A stretch of DNA of 64,000 bases, taken from NCBI RefSeq assembly GCF_902459465.1, contig NC_047072.1, positions 16,740,001 to 16,804,000 of the forward strand, written 5' to 3'. The stretch's first letter is position 1, and every line of letters starts with the position of its first letter. A model generated the notes under the pieces. It had not been told where the DNA came from and did not search any database. It saw nothing but the letters and a program-made list of their open reading frames with translations. Positions 1 to 13,630 of the stretch are shown in pieces. Position numbers and translations under genes: made by a program. This stretch comes from Asterias rubens. Taxonomy: Eukaryota.

Positions 1-702
1 ACTTGCATTCATGACACTTAACAGCGTAGTATTTTTTACTAATGTCTTCACGCTGTGAAAATTGACAGTAGTATCGAAGCTGGGTAAAGTTCCGTTGACT
101 GAAACCAATAAAGTGATACGCATTAGCTTAAACATTACACGATTCATTTTGTCCAGGAAATATAATACTCCAAGACAAACTACAGGAATTGTGTTTGGAA
201 CCTAAAGTTCAAGCGAGCACCAATTCTCCATCAGGGGTCCGTCTGGCGTCCACAATGCATGCAGTAAAAGTCGACGAAATAACGCTTAGACCCCGCCCCA
301 ATATAACCGGGCCCGATCTTTTATAATTTTGAGATCGACCCTCAACATAATGGTTGAACAAAAAACATTATTATAATTCTGACTTGACGTGTACATCACT
401 TTGTCTCTCAAGACTCACTAATCTTAATGTTACACCATCTTATTATTTTCAGAATGTGAACACAAATAACGTGAACGTGGCCATAATTTTTTTATTTTTT
501 TATATTTTATTTTACTAAAACCCGAACACCTGGTTTTGGGGGAAACAATTGTATCGAAATGTTTTAAGTTATGGGAATAAATTAAGTCTTTCGTCAACCA
601 AAAGGACCTTCTTTTAGCAACAAATTTGAAGGCTGCCCAAAGCAACATTCCATTGAAGGCATCCCAGGTATACCCGACGAATCATGTACCCAGTACACTC
701 TA

Positions 703-972
703 GCCTTTAGTCAAGGCGCACGCGGCGGCAGCGCCCCCAGATATCACGCACAAAGAAAGACCAGCGCTGGGGTCGATTTCACAAAGAGTTAGGACTTGTC
801 CTAACTTAGGACTAGTCCTAGGAGATATACAAATTGCATGGATAGTCCTAAGTTAGGACAAGTTACTCGTCCTAACTCGAGATAACACTAGTCCTAACTC
901 TCTGTGAAATCCACCCCAGGTCTTTTTTCGTGCGTGACATTTCGGGGTGCGGCGTGCGCCTTGACTGAAGGC
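703..972. mobile_element. Palindromic MITE with a second MITE nested at its centre
   Basis: Arms GCCTTTAGTCAAGGCGCACGC...TCACGCACAAAGAAAGACC (703-~762) and GGTCTTTTTTCGTGCGTGA...GTGCGCCTTGACTGAAGGC (~919-972) are imperfect reverse complements. TA flanks both ends (701-702, 973-974). Confidence 0.7.
768..917. mobile_element. ~150-bp hairpin MITE (GGGTCGATTTCACAAAG...CTTTGTGAAATCGACCC family, possibly PIF/Harbinger-derived)
   Basis: Terminal inverted repeats and internal TAGTCCTAAC/GTTAGGACTA subrepeats. Further copies at ~5253-5427, ~13356-13523, ~43710-43835 and ~45305-45438. CTG/CAG flanks at several copies. The superfamily is inferred. Confidence 0.75.
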
Positions 973-2005
973 TACGACACTCGGACAGCTGAATCAAAAA
1001 TATATTCGTGGATTTGACTATTTGGTTAGGCGTTGCCTATAGAAACGAGTACCCACCGAGACTGAGTATGTAATGTTGTGACATTCACAGCTGGACGACA
1101 AACCACAAATCATGAAATAACCTCAAAATGACACTTCCTTTAAAGGGATTGTGGAGAAACAAAAGTTAAAGTGATTTATAAACAGTCAAGCCCAACGCCC
1201 ACTGTGTGCTTGTTTTTTTTGACGAGTTCGCAACTGTAGAATAATTTGACCTCTTTTTAAACAAACATGGTGCAAAAATTCCTCATAAATATATATCGTC
1301 CACAGCTGTTATAAAAGATCCCACGGCAAACTTTATGTTTATTTACAAAAGGAATAATAATAATAATCCTAAAAGTTTAAAAATGTTATGACATAGACAT
1401 TGATTTATGCACTTTATTCCTGGACGTGTTACTTGTTAAAATAAGAAGTAATTGCCGTCCTAATTCTCTATGTATGAGACAATATCACAGATCGTTTTAT
1501 GAAAATAATAAGCTAAGTAACATCGGGTGGGTGGGGTTACTGAGTTGAAGCTGCAAGCTCTCTTTTTATAAAGTGTTTACCGGAGTCAACCTACGCACCA
1601 AATGCAGCCAACCACCCACACATCAATTATACTATAGCATCCAAACCCCATAGAGCACAATTTGAGCAAAATAATATTGACGTAAAGCGGTCACACAATT
1701 TACACAATTATTTTTTCGTTTCCTGCCCCTCTCCATTTGAAGAAAATAATCACATGTGGTGCGTTTATCAGACAGCTACAGGAATTGCAAGCATCTTCCT
1801 CTCGCAAAAACACATTCAAGCCATTGTGCTCATTTACAGTTGCTACCAAGGACTCTAACCAAAATTGGAAAAAACAAGTCGAGGACTCCTTAGGGAAGTC
1901 ACAAGACTGGCTGGGGTGGTTCACGAGGAATTTGTGTTCAAAGTATAAATTGGAAACTGTTTAAAAGTGCACGGAACAAGGAAAGAGCAAGCTCCTCAAG
2001 AAATG

Positions 2006-2402
2006 GCAGTAAAGTTAGTTTGATATTGGATATTGAACATTCACTATGTTTGCACAGTGCGAATATCAATGTTGCATTTTAGATATTGGACATTTGACAT
2101 TCACTATGTTTGTACAGCGAATATCAATGTTCCATTTTAGATATTGAATATTGGACATTCACTATGTTTGCACAGTGCGAATATCAATGTTCCATTTTAT
2201 ATATTGAATATTGGACATTCACTATGTTTGCACAGTGCGAAAATCAATGTTCCATTTTATATATTGAATATTGGACATTCACTATGTTTGCACAGTGCGA
2301 ATATCAATGTTCTATTTTAGATATTGAATATTGGACATTCACTATGTTTGCACAGTGCGAATATCAATGTCCAATATTCAATGTCAAACTAACTTTACTG
2401 TC
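2006..2402. repeat. 60-bp tandem array (~6 units) bounded by terminal inverted repeats
   Basis: Unit ATATTGAATATTGGACATTCACTATGTTTGCACAGTGCGAATATCAATGTTCCATTTTAG recurs every 60 nt. The left end GGCAGTAAAGTTAGTTTGA is inverted at the right end as TCAAACTAACTTTACTGTC. Confidence 0.85.
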
Positions 2403-3601
2403 GTTCCTCAGTATGCATCTTTGAGGTGTGTGCACTTGTACGTCTTAAATACTGGTCTTAGAACAAGTCTCGACTGCTCCGGTGTTGTCTTGAGTCAGGA
2501 CCCCGTAGCGACCCGGCACACCGAAACCGTGGACGGCCCAGTCACTGGACCTGTCATGCTTAATTCCACTCGTGGTATGTTTACCCTGTACCTCATGCCG
2601 AGATCATGCCCTCTTTTGGTGATAGAATTATTATCTTCAGACTTCAGTATTCAGTTAAGTTCAAAATTAATGGGCAGTTATTTCTAAACTGTTGGACACC
2701 TCACCTATGCTTTTTTTGTCACATAAAGTGCAATCCAAGGCCGTTTTTATTTAAAAAACACCCGCTCAAAAATGTGTAACATTGGCAGAAAAACATGTTC
2801 GCCATTTAACCTTGAAGGGCCGCCTATGCTGTTGTTGTTTTAGGAGCAAACCACTACGGTTAACATTCCACAGTAAAAGTTGATTATTGAATGACATAAT
2901 TTTGAACGCGGAGTTGTTTTTCTTCTCCCGGAATACCAGGGTAGCTATGTGCCAAACTGTTCGCACAATATGGCGATATCAGCATCCAATATCGATGTAT
3001 AAGGTATACATTCACTGTACAAACCTATGCGAATGCCTAACATAGAACATCGAAAAGGCAACATTGATAATCGCTGTACAAGCCTATACGTGAATGTTCA
3101 ATATCCAATATCAAACTAACTTCACTGCCACTGCCTTTCATCGCATTTCTAGTTCTTAAAAAATGGCATTCATCAATTTCACAATCAAAACGTAAAGCAC
3201 ACGCTGACCAGCGGTGCATGTGTAGTTTTGACGGAACGTCCTTGCAGGGGCAGCCAAGTAACAAAAATAAATAATCATAATTCATCGCGAATAATAATGA
3301 AGAAATAAAAAACAAAGGTTGCCGCATCCTTGTCTACCCTTGACCTAGTTCATAACACTCCAAAACTGTTAAGATATAGATTTGTGATTTATCATCACAT
3401 ATTGTTCTTCGATTATTAGTGACTTATCACTCATTTCAATGAACTTTATTTCACTTTTCATTCTTAAAATTATAACCCTGAAGTAGGTTAATAAACTCAC
3501 AAAAGGCATGGCTGCGACGAACAAACAAATAATTTCAAAATCATTTGAATTATTCTGGTTAAATTATTCTGATTGTGAAACCAAGGACTCGGAGCAAAGC
3601 G

Positions 3602-5070
3602 AACTAACACTGTATTAGCCATGAACCCAAACACTGTATTATCCATGAACCCAAACACTGTATTAGCCATGAACCCAAACACTGTATTAGCCATGAACCC
3701 AAACACTGTATTAGCCATGAACCCAAACACTGTATTAGCCATGAACCCAAACACTGTATTAGCCATGAACCCAAACACTGTATTAGCCATGAACCCAAAC
3801 ACTGTATTAGCCATGAACCCAAACACTGTATTAGCCATGAACCCAAACACTGTATTAGCCATGAACCCAAACACTGTATTAGCCATGAACCCAAACACTG
3901 TATTAGCCATGAACCCAAACACTGTATTAGCCATGAACCCAAACACTGTATTAGCCATGAACCCAAACACTGTATTAGCCATGAACCCAAACACTGTATT
4001 AGCCATGAACCCAAACACTGTATTAGCCATGAACCCAAACACTGTATTAGCCATGAACCCAAACACTGTATTAGCCATGAACCCAAACACTGTATTAGCC
4101 ATGAACCCAAACACTGTATTAGCCATGAACCCAAACACTGTATTAGCCATGAACCCAAACACTGTATTAGCCATGAACCCAAACACTGTATTAGCCATGA
4201 ACCCAAACACTGTATTAGCCATGAACCCAAACACTGTATTAGCCATGAACCCAAACACTGTATTAGCCATGAACCCAAACACTGTATTAGCCATGAACCC
4301 AAACACTGTATTAGCCATGAACCCAAACACTGTATTAGCCATGAACCCAAACACTGTATTAGCCATGAACCCAAACACTGTATTAGCCATGAACCCAAAC
4401 ACTGTATTAGCCATGAACCCAAACACTGTATTAGCCATGAACCCAAACACTGTATTAGCCATGAACCCAAACACTGTATTAGCCATGAACCCAAACACTG
4501 TATTAGCCATGAACCCAAACACTGTATTAGCCATGAACCCAAACACTGTATTAGCCATGAACCCAAACACTGTATTAGCCATGAACCCAAACACTGTATT
4601 AGCCATGAACCCAAACACTGTATTAGCCATGAACCCAAACACTGTATTAGCCATGAACCCAAACACTGTATTAGCCATGAACCCAAACACTGTATTAGCC
4701 ATGAACCCAAACACTGTATTAGCCATGAACCCAAACACTGTATTAGCCATGAACCCAAACACTGTATTAGCCATGAACCCAAACACTGTATTAGCCATGA
4801 ACCCAAACACTGTATTAGCCATGAACCCAAACACTGTATTAGCCATGAACCCAAACACTGTATTAGCCATGAACCCAAACACTGTATTAGCCATGAACCC
4901 AAACACTGTATTAGCCATGAACCCAAACACTGTATTAGCCATGAACCCAAACACTGTATTAGCCATGAACCCAAACACTGTATTAGCCATGAACCCAAAC
5001 ACTGTATTAGCCATGAACCCAAACACTGTATTAGCCATGAACCCAAACACTGTATTAGCCATGAACCCAA
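3602..5070. repeat. 24-bp minisatellite, ~61 near-perfect copies
   Basis: Unit ATGAACCCAAACACTGTATTAGCC. Only one internal variant unit was seen (TTATCC at ~3640). Confidence 0.97.
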
Positions 5071-6213
5071 ATGGAGAGAAGACAAGGAAGATAGATGTAG
5101 ATTTGTTCTAGAAGGGAAAACCCACCCACAAAATAACAGCTCTACATCTCTAAGTGGAGCTCCGACCCAGCGGGTGACACTGCTATAGACCATTGAGTTT
5201 ACAAGAAAGTTTTAATAATTGTACGGTCCATGGCATTTCTTGGATCGTACACTCTGCCGTCGATTTCACAAAACTCTTGCTAACTTAAGACTAATCTTAG
5301 GACTAAGAACGAGTCCCAAACCCTGCACTGTAGCATGCAGACCTTAATATTAATCCTAAGTTAGGACGAGTAACTCGTCCTAGCTCAAGATAAGACGAGT
5401 CCTAACTCTTTGTGAAATCGACCCCTGGTCAGGGAAATGTACACTTTGTTTTATATTTTCCTTATAAACCCATGAGTTTTAAAATAACGTCTCAACAAGT
5501 TTTGTGGGTCTTTGGCAATTTTGCAATCGGGTGATGCCACACGTTACTGCGTCTAAGGGTCGCTTGTTATACAAGTGTCTCAAATTTCTGAAATGTTGGT
5601 GGACCGTATGTGATGAGCACTCTGTAGAAGAACATAAGTCGAAGTGCATCGTTGCTCCGGTGGTGTCGAGTTTTTTACCACCCATAAGGCACACTCAATC
5701 CAGACCCACCCGAAGTAACGTTTGTATTACAGTTAACACCCTACCCCCAAAGGCAGTGACAGAAAACCTTCTAAACATTTTGAAAAGAACATCCGTTCAG
5801 CGTCAAAACGAACTTGATACTTTTTAAAGTTTATAATCTAAAATTCTGGGCCCCAAGGCTAATCTTTTGGCCTACTTCATGCACAACTGTTGGTGGATTG
5901 TGTGTATATAACCGATATTTGGATTTTCTGATTCACATTTTATGATAGACAACTAGAGCGAAGACTACAAGTCTCGTCAGGTACCCTGCCATGTTATTCT
6001 TGTATCTTGACCTTCTCATGACCCCATTCATCATCAGCTTCACATCTGGGGGTTCTGGATACCAGATCTGGCTATATAGGGTTAGACACACGGCTTATAG
6101 GTTTTCGGTTGCTCAGTTCTTGAGTTTAACAACAGCATTCGCCACGGGGATTCGTGGAGGTCATAAATACATGGCTGTCTCATACCATATCGCACCCTGT
6201 TTGCTTTCATTGT

Positions 6214-6605
6214 TTAAAGACAGTAGACACTATTGGTATTGTCAAAGATTAGCCTTCACAGTTGGTGTATCTCAACATATGCATAAAATAACATACCTGT
6301 GAAAATTTAAGCTCAATCAATCATCGAACTTGCGAGATAATAATGAAAGAAAAAACACCCTTGTCATTTGAAGTTGTGTGCGTTTAGATGGTTGATTTCG
6401 AGACTTCAAGTTCTAAACCCGAGGTCTCGAAATCAAATTCGTGGAAAATTACTTCTTTCTCGAAAACTATGGCACTTCAGAGGGAGCCGTTTCTCACAAT
6501 GTTTTATAAATTTATACCATCAACCTCTCCCCATTACTCGTCCCCAAGAAAATGTTTATGCTAATAAATATTTTGAGTAATTACCATAGTGTGTACTGCC
6601 TTTAA
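6214..6605. mobile_element. TTAA-flanked ~380-bp MITE (Kolobok-like non-autonomous family)
   Basis: TTAA-AGACAGTAGACACTATTGG ... GTGTACTGCCT-TTAA. The internal sequence matches the other copies of this family. Confidence 0.8.
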
Positions 6606-9600
6606 TATGTAATTTCAAGGGAGATGGTTTTCCAAGAGGTATTTGACATCGCTTGATCTATGAAGTGTTCAATCACTTTATTAAATGGAACTTTTCGAGA
6701 GTTGTGGGTTGTGGAAATTACATTTATGCGTATCTTTTTAAGAGTTTGGGGTAGCCGATAAACAAACAGGGGATGAGTTCTAATAGACTTCTGAGTTGGG
6801 GAAATAAGATTGGGTTGTATGAGTCTTGCAAGGGTTTTGGTGTTTCTGAACGATTGCGGGGGAGGGGAAGGGGTGAGGGGGTTTGGGGTGGCGATGGTGA
6901 TTAGCAGCGATCAAACTCTCTACTGACAAAGACCATTATGACTGAACATCCATGATCCGATGGATGTATTTTGATAATATTATTAAACAGATGTAAAATC
7001 AAGATATTGGAAACAATTACAAATTATTACAACAGCAGAAACTGATTATGGACATAAATGTTTCTCATAATTCAGAAACCAGCGGGATTTGTACACTACA
7101 ACTAGGTTAATGCGACCAGGAACAAAAGTACATATCTATATACCATTCTCGAAAGTGAAGGTTGTTACATGAAGATAATCTAAACCAGAAATATTCAGGA
7201 AAAAAAAAACAATTCTTGCCGATGTCCGAGCAGAACATTGTTTTCGCAATTGTATTTTTGTCGTGAGATACGAGTACTTTCGTTCAAGAACAGACATCGT
7301 ATGTTGACGGTGACAAAATATGAAAAGGCTTTCCTTTTAACCTTCAATCCGAAACCCGAAAGCTCAACATGATTGCTACTAATGTAGTTTCGACACTGGG
7401 ACTGGGGTTTGTAATTTATCAGAATTACTGGAACTTGAAGTTCGTATGTTGGCTTTAGCTAGCCGCGGCTAGCCGATGCAAAACGTATATTAACGGGGGT
7501 TGCTCGAGGCATTTTACGGTGCCATTCCGGTTGGAGATTTACTTCTCGTCTGGTCGTGTAACCTTGCGTCTGGGGCCGATAGCATGTTTATGTTTTCTTT
7601 GGAACGGTGTTGGTGGTGAGTGGCTTCATTGAAACATAGAACAAGGACCAGAGCTCACCCTTTCTTGGTCGAAGCAAACAGTTAAAGAGGCTGATATTTG
7701 TTTTGGACACTTGAAGATCAGCAATCTTACATCTCTTCAGTAAAGTGATGCTTATTGCACCCCCCCAGTCGGAAAGACACTGTTTTTGAGCTCAAACTTT
7801 CTTAAAACCCTTACAAACCAACCCCCCCCCCCCGCCCCAAAAAAGAAAAAAAGTGGGTCCTTTATTAAGGATGGATTTGATGGTCTTGGTAAAAATAGGA
7901 CCAGGATTCTGTGTTTCTGTTTGGTTGCTGTTTACTTTAACACGTACGCATTCGGCTGAAATTTTTACACAGACATTTTAAGTTGTCTTTTTTGGTAACT
8001 TGTAATTTGACCTCCAAATCAGAATTAGGTTGAAAACATCCTGTGATGTACTTTTAAGTTCAAGTTCACGTAACAGCGCGTTAAGTGCTTAACAAGCCTC
8101 GCCCCACAATGCAATTACAAACAGACGATGTTTACGGAATTTCCAAGAAGAAAGCAAATCTAAAACACAGATAAGAAAACTGCCTCGTATGACCAAAATA
8201 CTTCCTTTCATTCAGTATAATTATTGTTGCCTCTAAATTGCGCGAGGAAATTGCTTGGTGTTACACGGATCTATAAATCTATCAACAGATCCTTACAATA
8301 CACCTGTTGCATCAACTTAGCCAAACATAAATCATAAAAATACAAACTTGGTGAGCATTTTCGCAATCGCCTAAACAGATGTGGACATTCCTTTCTAAGA
8401 TGTGAATGAAAGGGCGAAATATTGCAGTGGAAGGGTCACAATTCTTTCAATGGGGGGGGGGGGGGGGGTGGTGATTGGGCTGCAACTGTAGCTTAACAAG
8501 TACAAAACCGCAAGTAAGTGCGAATTAAATGCAGACGTAAACAAAATCAATGGGCGTTGTTTACTTCTGCTTTATTAAATCGGCAAAAAACGGAGTCAAC
8601 TTGAGGTTTGAAACGTTGCATCGTGGAAGAAAAACTAAAAGACGTTTGCGGTAACACCATTGTGATAACTCTTTTGAGTATTGTTGGTTCTGAAAAAACA
8701 ATGGTTAACGACCCAATGTTTCGATCGCTATAGCTCGGACCATTGACATTGGGTTGCACAAACTTTTAATATAAAGCCATGACAGTGCACACTTCTCGGT
8801 ATTTCAATTTAGGTCACACTTCGTCATCAATATGTTTCATTTAACAAGTTCACATTTGTGACAATTGTAAAAGACGCCGAATATACTTCTGATCTTAGTA
8901 AACTCCGACTTTCAAGAGCACAGCATTGACCCTTAAATTACTCGGAATAATGACAATAAAAACATTTATTTTAATGATCAGAAACACTTAACCTTCCATT
9001 TTTAAAAGGCGCGAAAATATATTTTTTCTTTGTTAACTCCGACTTTAAAGAGCACAACACGGACCCTTGAATTATCCGGGTTAACTATACGTCCAATAAA
9101 AATGTTTATTTTAATAACCAGAAATACTTAATAACCGGCTTCGTTTGTTCTTTAAAAAGAAAAGGGTCACAGATATAGGTCTTAAAAGGCGTTTGTCCTT
9201 GCCTAGAATTACATACTATAAATAACAGCACGACCAAGTCGCTCAATAATGGTCGAAATATCACACGTATGGAACAACATTTCTTGACAGGAAAAGATGG
9301 TTTATCAGCATGTTGGCAGATTAGGTTACCGGCAAATTATCGCTCAATGACGGCAGGGTCTTTGCTCTGGCAGCCTGCTAGTTTTCACCATGGCTCGTTG
9401 CAGACGCTCACTGCGAGAAATTTCTAATAACACAACTTTGTGGTCTCTCCTGGGGAATTAACCCCCTGACAAGCACCTTGCTTTCAATATAAGGTTCAAA
9501 TAACACCAGTAATTGCAATACGATTCCATCTTTTCATTTTTGACAGAAATGAGAGAAGAATTTTGATGCGAAAGCTTCCCGTGGTCATGGAGACAGTAAG

Positions 9601-10634
9601 GGTTCATCTTATGATTGTCTTGAGAGTACCCTACGGTGCTTTCAGTCCGTACCCTCCCCTCCCTCGGTGTTGTCTTAAACTCTTGGTAGTCCAAGATCTG
9701 TCAAATCTCGTCAGGATACTTGGCGGGATTTGGGGACCATCCAGGCCGGGCGTCCCTTTAACAGATTGTTTAGATCAAAACCGAGAAATTCCTTAACCAG
9801 TGAGAGTCTAAAAACCACAAAAAGTTTGAAATTCTTCACATTTTGAAGTTGGTTATTTAGAGAATGTTAGTGCCTTGTATAGTGTTGCCATTAACAAAGA
9901 GTGCCACGCCTTTATTTGGTACTGTGAAGACTTATTGCGGGAATAGCATAATAGACGTCTAGTTGTTAGACAGTCGGAATTATTTTAGGACGAATCCGAA
10001 AAAGGCTGTCTTCCGAGATTCCGTGGCGATTGGGCGACACAACGTTTGACCCAGACAATTATTTGAAATATTATACAACTGTCAATAAAAACACCAGAGA
10101 CACACAGACATGATAGAAGGAAATAATAATAATAATAATTGTTGAAGGATGAACGAGAAAACCCTAATATCTAGAAATATTTTAGCCTCATCTCTGCAGG
10201 CACCTCGAAGTATTCAGTACCAAATAGAACAGTTACTCATTGTTGGGCTGCATGGTTGAGCAGTCACATCTTCACACAGCATCGTAAAAAAAATTGTGTT
10301 GATTGAAGACGTTTGTACATACAGTGATTCATTGATGCTTGATTTAAAACAAACAACGTCTTGTAAGAAAGATTACGTGTATAATCCAGGGAGGTTGCCT
10401 CTTGTCGAATAGAGGAAGGGGCTAAATCAACCAATGACTAATGCACACAAACGATGCGTACAACTCCTACTGCGTTTCGTCAATGAAAATCTGTATCAAA
10501 TTATTTTAAGAGCCTCTCAAAAAGTTCTGCAACTCGTCTGATTTGTCTCGCTAATCCCCCAAGGTGAATGGAAACTCACCCTTCTCTCTTGCCGCTTGAC
10601 CCCTTCTGGCCCAACTGACTTGCGTTTCCTCAAC

Positions 10635-11028
10635 TTAAAGAAACTGGACACTATCGGTAATTGTCAAAGACCAGTCTTCTCACTTGGTGTATAACAACAT
10701 ATATGGACAAAATAACAAACCTGTGAAAATTTGAGCTCAATTGGTCCGTCGAAGTTGCGAGATAAAAAGGACAGAAAAACACCTTGTCACACGAAGTTCA
10801 AGTGTGCTTTCAGACGCTTGCTTTCGATACCTCCCATTCTAAATCTGAGGTCTCGAAATCAAATTCGTGGAAAATTACTTCTTTCTCGAAAACTGCTCCA
10901 CTTCAGAGGGAGCCGTTTCTCACAATGTTTTATACTATCATTATCAACCTCTTCCCATTACTCGTTACCAAGTTAGGTTTATGCTAATAATTATTTTGAG
11001 TAAAACAAATAGTCTCCACTGCCTTTAA
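10635..11028. mobile_element. TTAA-flanked MITE copy
   Basis: TTAA at 10635-10638 and 11025-11028, with the family TIRs and body. Confidence 0.8.
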
Positions 11029-12515
11029 TCATGCATTCGAAATGCTTTGCTTTCATTCTTAAATTTTTCTTGGCAAATTTCCACACGAATTCTTTATAAT
11101 CCTTGTTGAATTATCACCGTATCTGGTTCAATCATCTCTCGGGAATCTCTGTTTTCCTGGAGGGGGCAATTTTTCTTGCTGAATGGTCAAGTCATTTCCG
11201 ACTGCTTGGGTTTTCTTTCTTTAAGTGCGTCATATTTCCCTTGAGTTTGAAATGGAATCATACGGGAACCGTGTCTCCACTTTTATGGGGGACAAGTCAA
11301 CTTGATTCATAAATCATTGGGCATACTGCCCTTGAATTTGACTTACACAAACTGTCCTGCGGCCAAGGGGAAATGTCTGTTTTATGAACAAAGATCAGGG
11401 CCCAATTGCATAGAGCTGCTTAAGCACAAAACGTGACTTAGCATATCTTTTGATATTTTAGTGAGAGTATACCGTTTCTCACAATGTTTTATACTATTAA
11501 CAGCTTCCACTGCTCGTTACCAAGCAAGTGTTTACGCTGACTATTATTTTGAGTAATTACCAATAATATCCATTGCCTTTAAGCTAAGCACATACAACGT
11601 AAGACGTTTTGTTTTCTGGCAAGCGTCAGTAATAAGAAAGGCAGATCAATCAAGCATGTATCAATCAACAAGTAATACAAAGTAATAACGTTTGACGGCT
11701 ACTTCTAGCATGGAAGAAAACTTCCTCCATGCTTATAGTATAAGCCATTACATGGGGCGTGTGTAATTGATTAAGTTGTTGATCACAATTCGTGTAAGGA
11801 ACACTGACAATTTAATAACTTTATATTCTAATCGGATGGGTTGACAGGATATAGCCGGATATTAGTAAATGGTGTATAGTAAAACCAGATTTCACTCAAT
11901 GGGTTTAATGTGTCATCACAAACAAACAAGATTAAATCGTCACAAAAATCGACTGCAGTAGTTCGGAATATAAAAGCAAGGTAACTGTTATCGAATAATG
12001 CGTCAAGTGCAATTCAAAGGCAAATGGTATGGATTGTATTCGAATAACAGTTACTTTTCGAGTACAAGTAATCGATCCTGTCGTTATAGCTGCAGCCATT
12101 GGCAAGAATAATGAGTTGTGAGTGATCAAGTTGACGATTTGGATTGCCGAACGGTTCGCTACATACGAAGACAATTATTTGTCAAAGATTTATCTAACGG
12201 AAGAAATAACAGCAGCTGCCAAACTTGCGGGTTGTTGATCTAATTTCAACTACACATGCATTACTTCCTAGATCCTGAAAACACATTAATGGTTTGATTT
12301 GAAGATCCTGTAAAACAGAATGTGATGAAACATTATACCATGTGACACGTAACAGCTTATTATGTGGGTTAGGCCTACAGTTTCTTATTAGCATCAATGT
12401 GGGGGGGGGAGGCTAAAATTCAAAGGGGGTGTCATCCGCAGACTGGTAACAAAGTCTTATTATAGCACATTTCACAGGAACGTTTCAATGCCCTTTTATA
12501 CAGTGTAGTACCCAT

Positions 12516-12693
12516 AGGCCCATTTTCATAAAGCTGCTTAAGCACAAAAACAAGCTAACCAAATTGTACTAACCATAATAAAGTTTACCAGCCAAAATAC
12601 CATGTCACATGTACGATGTATTCTGCTCATTTCGGCTTAGCAGGTTTTTTTAAGCAGTACTTGCTGCTTAAAAGCAGTTCCATGAAATTGGGC
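12516..12693. mobile_element. MITE of the GGGCCCAATTTCATAGAGCT...AGCTCTATGAAATTGGGCCC family
   Basis: Inverted termini. Related copies at ~17869-18107 and ~35673-35869; partial copies at ~11398, ~46490, ~53665 and ~63923. Confidence 0.65.
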
Positions 12694-13284
12694 AAAGGTA
12701 ATTGAATGGACAAATAATTACATTCTGTTAATGTCTATGGGTGTGACAAAATGTTTCAGTCCTCGCGCTCTCGTGTTTGGATAAACCTCGAAATTGTAAA
12801 AAGTCTCAATCCGAAAACCATTCAAAGTCGGTGAACAACGGTTACGTATTTTTTATTACATAAAACAAAAACTAAATGGAGATTGGTGCAACACCGAGAC
12901 TGCTTGCTAAAAGATGTGAACATTATTTGAAAAAGGACATACAAGTTTGAATATGTGCACGTGTAGAAGACATCGAACACATGGATCAACATTGTGTGGT
13001 CTCACACGTTTATTTACTTATTCCGGTTTCGTATACACAGAGCAAGGGAAGGTCTCCACGTTAATATTGGGCTACATGATCGTGCCTTGTATGAAATAAC
13101 CCCCACGGCATAATTCATACAGATCTCCATGGGTGGCTACCCTGAAGGCACAAAACAACATTTGACTCATGACATTAATATGTTTATGAATAACCTCAAA
13201 GAACTGACTGGGGTTAAAGGTTAGCAAGCAGGTATGTACATGGGTCTATTCATATATATAGACACACAAACACGTGGTCCTTCT

Positions 13285-13630
13285 CTATGGCCCTTTTCGA
13301 AACCATGGATTTGGCTTTTGATTCGGCTTCAGGCTCCGTTCTCTTGTCTGAAGCCCTGAGGACGATTTCACAAAGAACTAAAGACTAGTCCTAAAGTTAG
13401 GACTAGTCCTAACTTAGGACTAGTCCTTGGAGATCTACAAACTTAAGGCTAGTCCTAAGTTAGGAGAATCTTGTCCTTACTCGAGATAAGACTAGTCCTA
13501 ACTCTTTGTGAAACCCATCCCAGGGCGTGTATGCAAAGCATGCGCAATTGTCAAAACAACCGCGGGGCCAAGCTAGCCTGAGCCGAATCCAGAGCCGAAG
13601 CCGAAGCCGTGGTTTCGAAAAGGGTCACTG
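13285..13630. mobile_element. GGCCCTTTTCGAAACC-type MITE interrupted by a nested hairpin MITE
   Basis: Termini GGCCCTTTTCGAAACCATGG and CCGTGGTTTCGAAAAGGGTC. The uninterrupted version lies inverted at ~60550-60716. Confidence 0.7.

Noticed and set aside
2110-2424. Repetitive Cys-containing ORF
   Set aside because: It is simply the translation of the 60-bp tandem array.
2460-2640. GC-richer island as a possible exon
   Set aside because: It has no convincing splice sites and no recognisable peptide in any frame.
3497-5193. Three ~500-aa ORFs (MANTVFGF, WLIQCLGS and MNPNTVLA repeats)
   Set aside because: These are artefacts of a stop-free 24-bp tandem repeat read in three frames on both strands. 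There is no synonymous variation or domain context to suggest coding.
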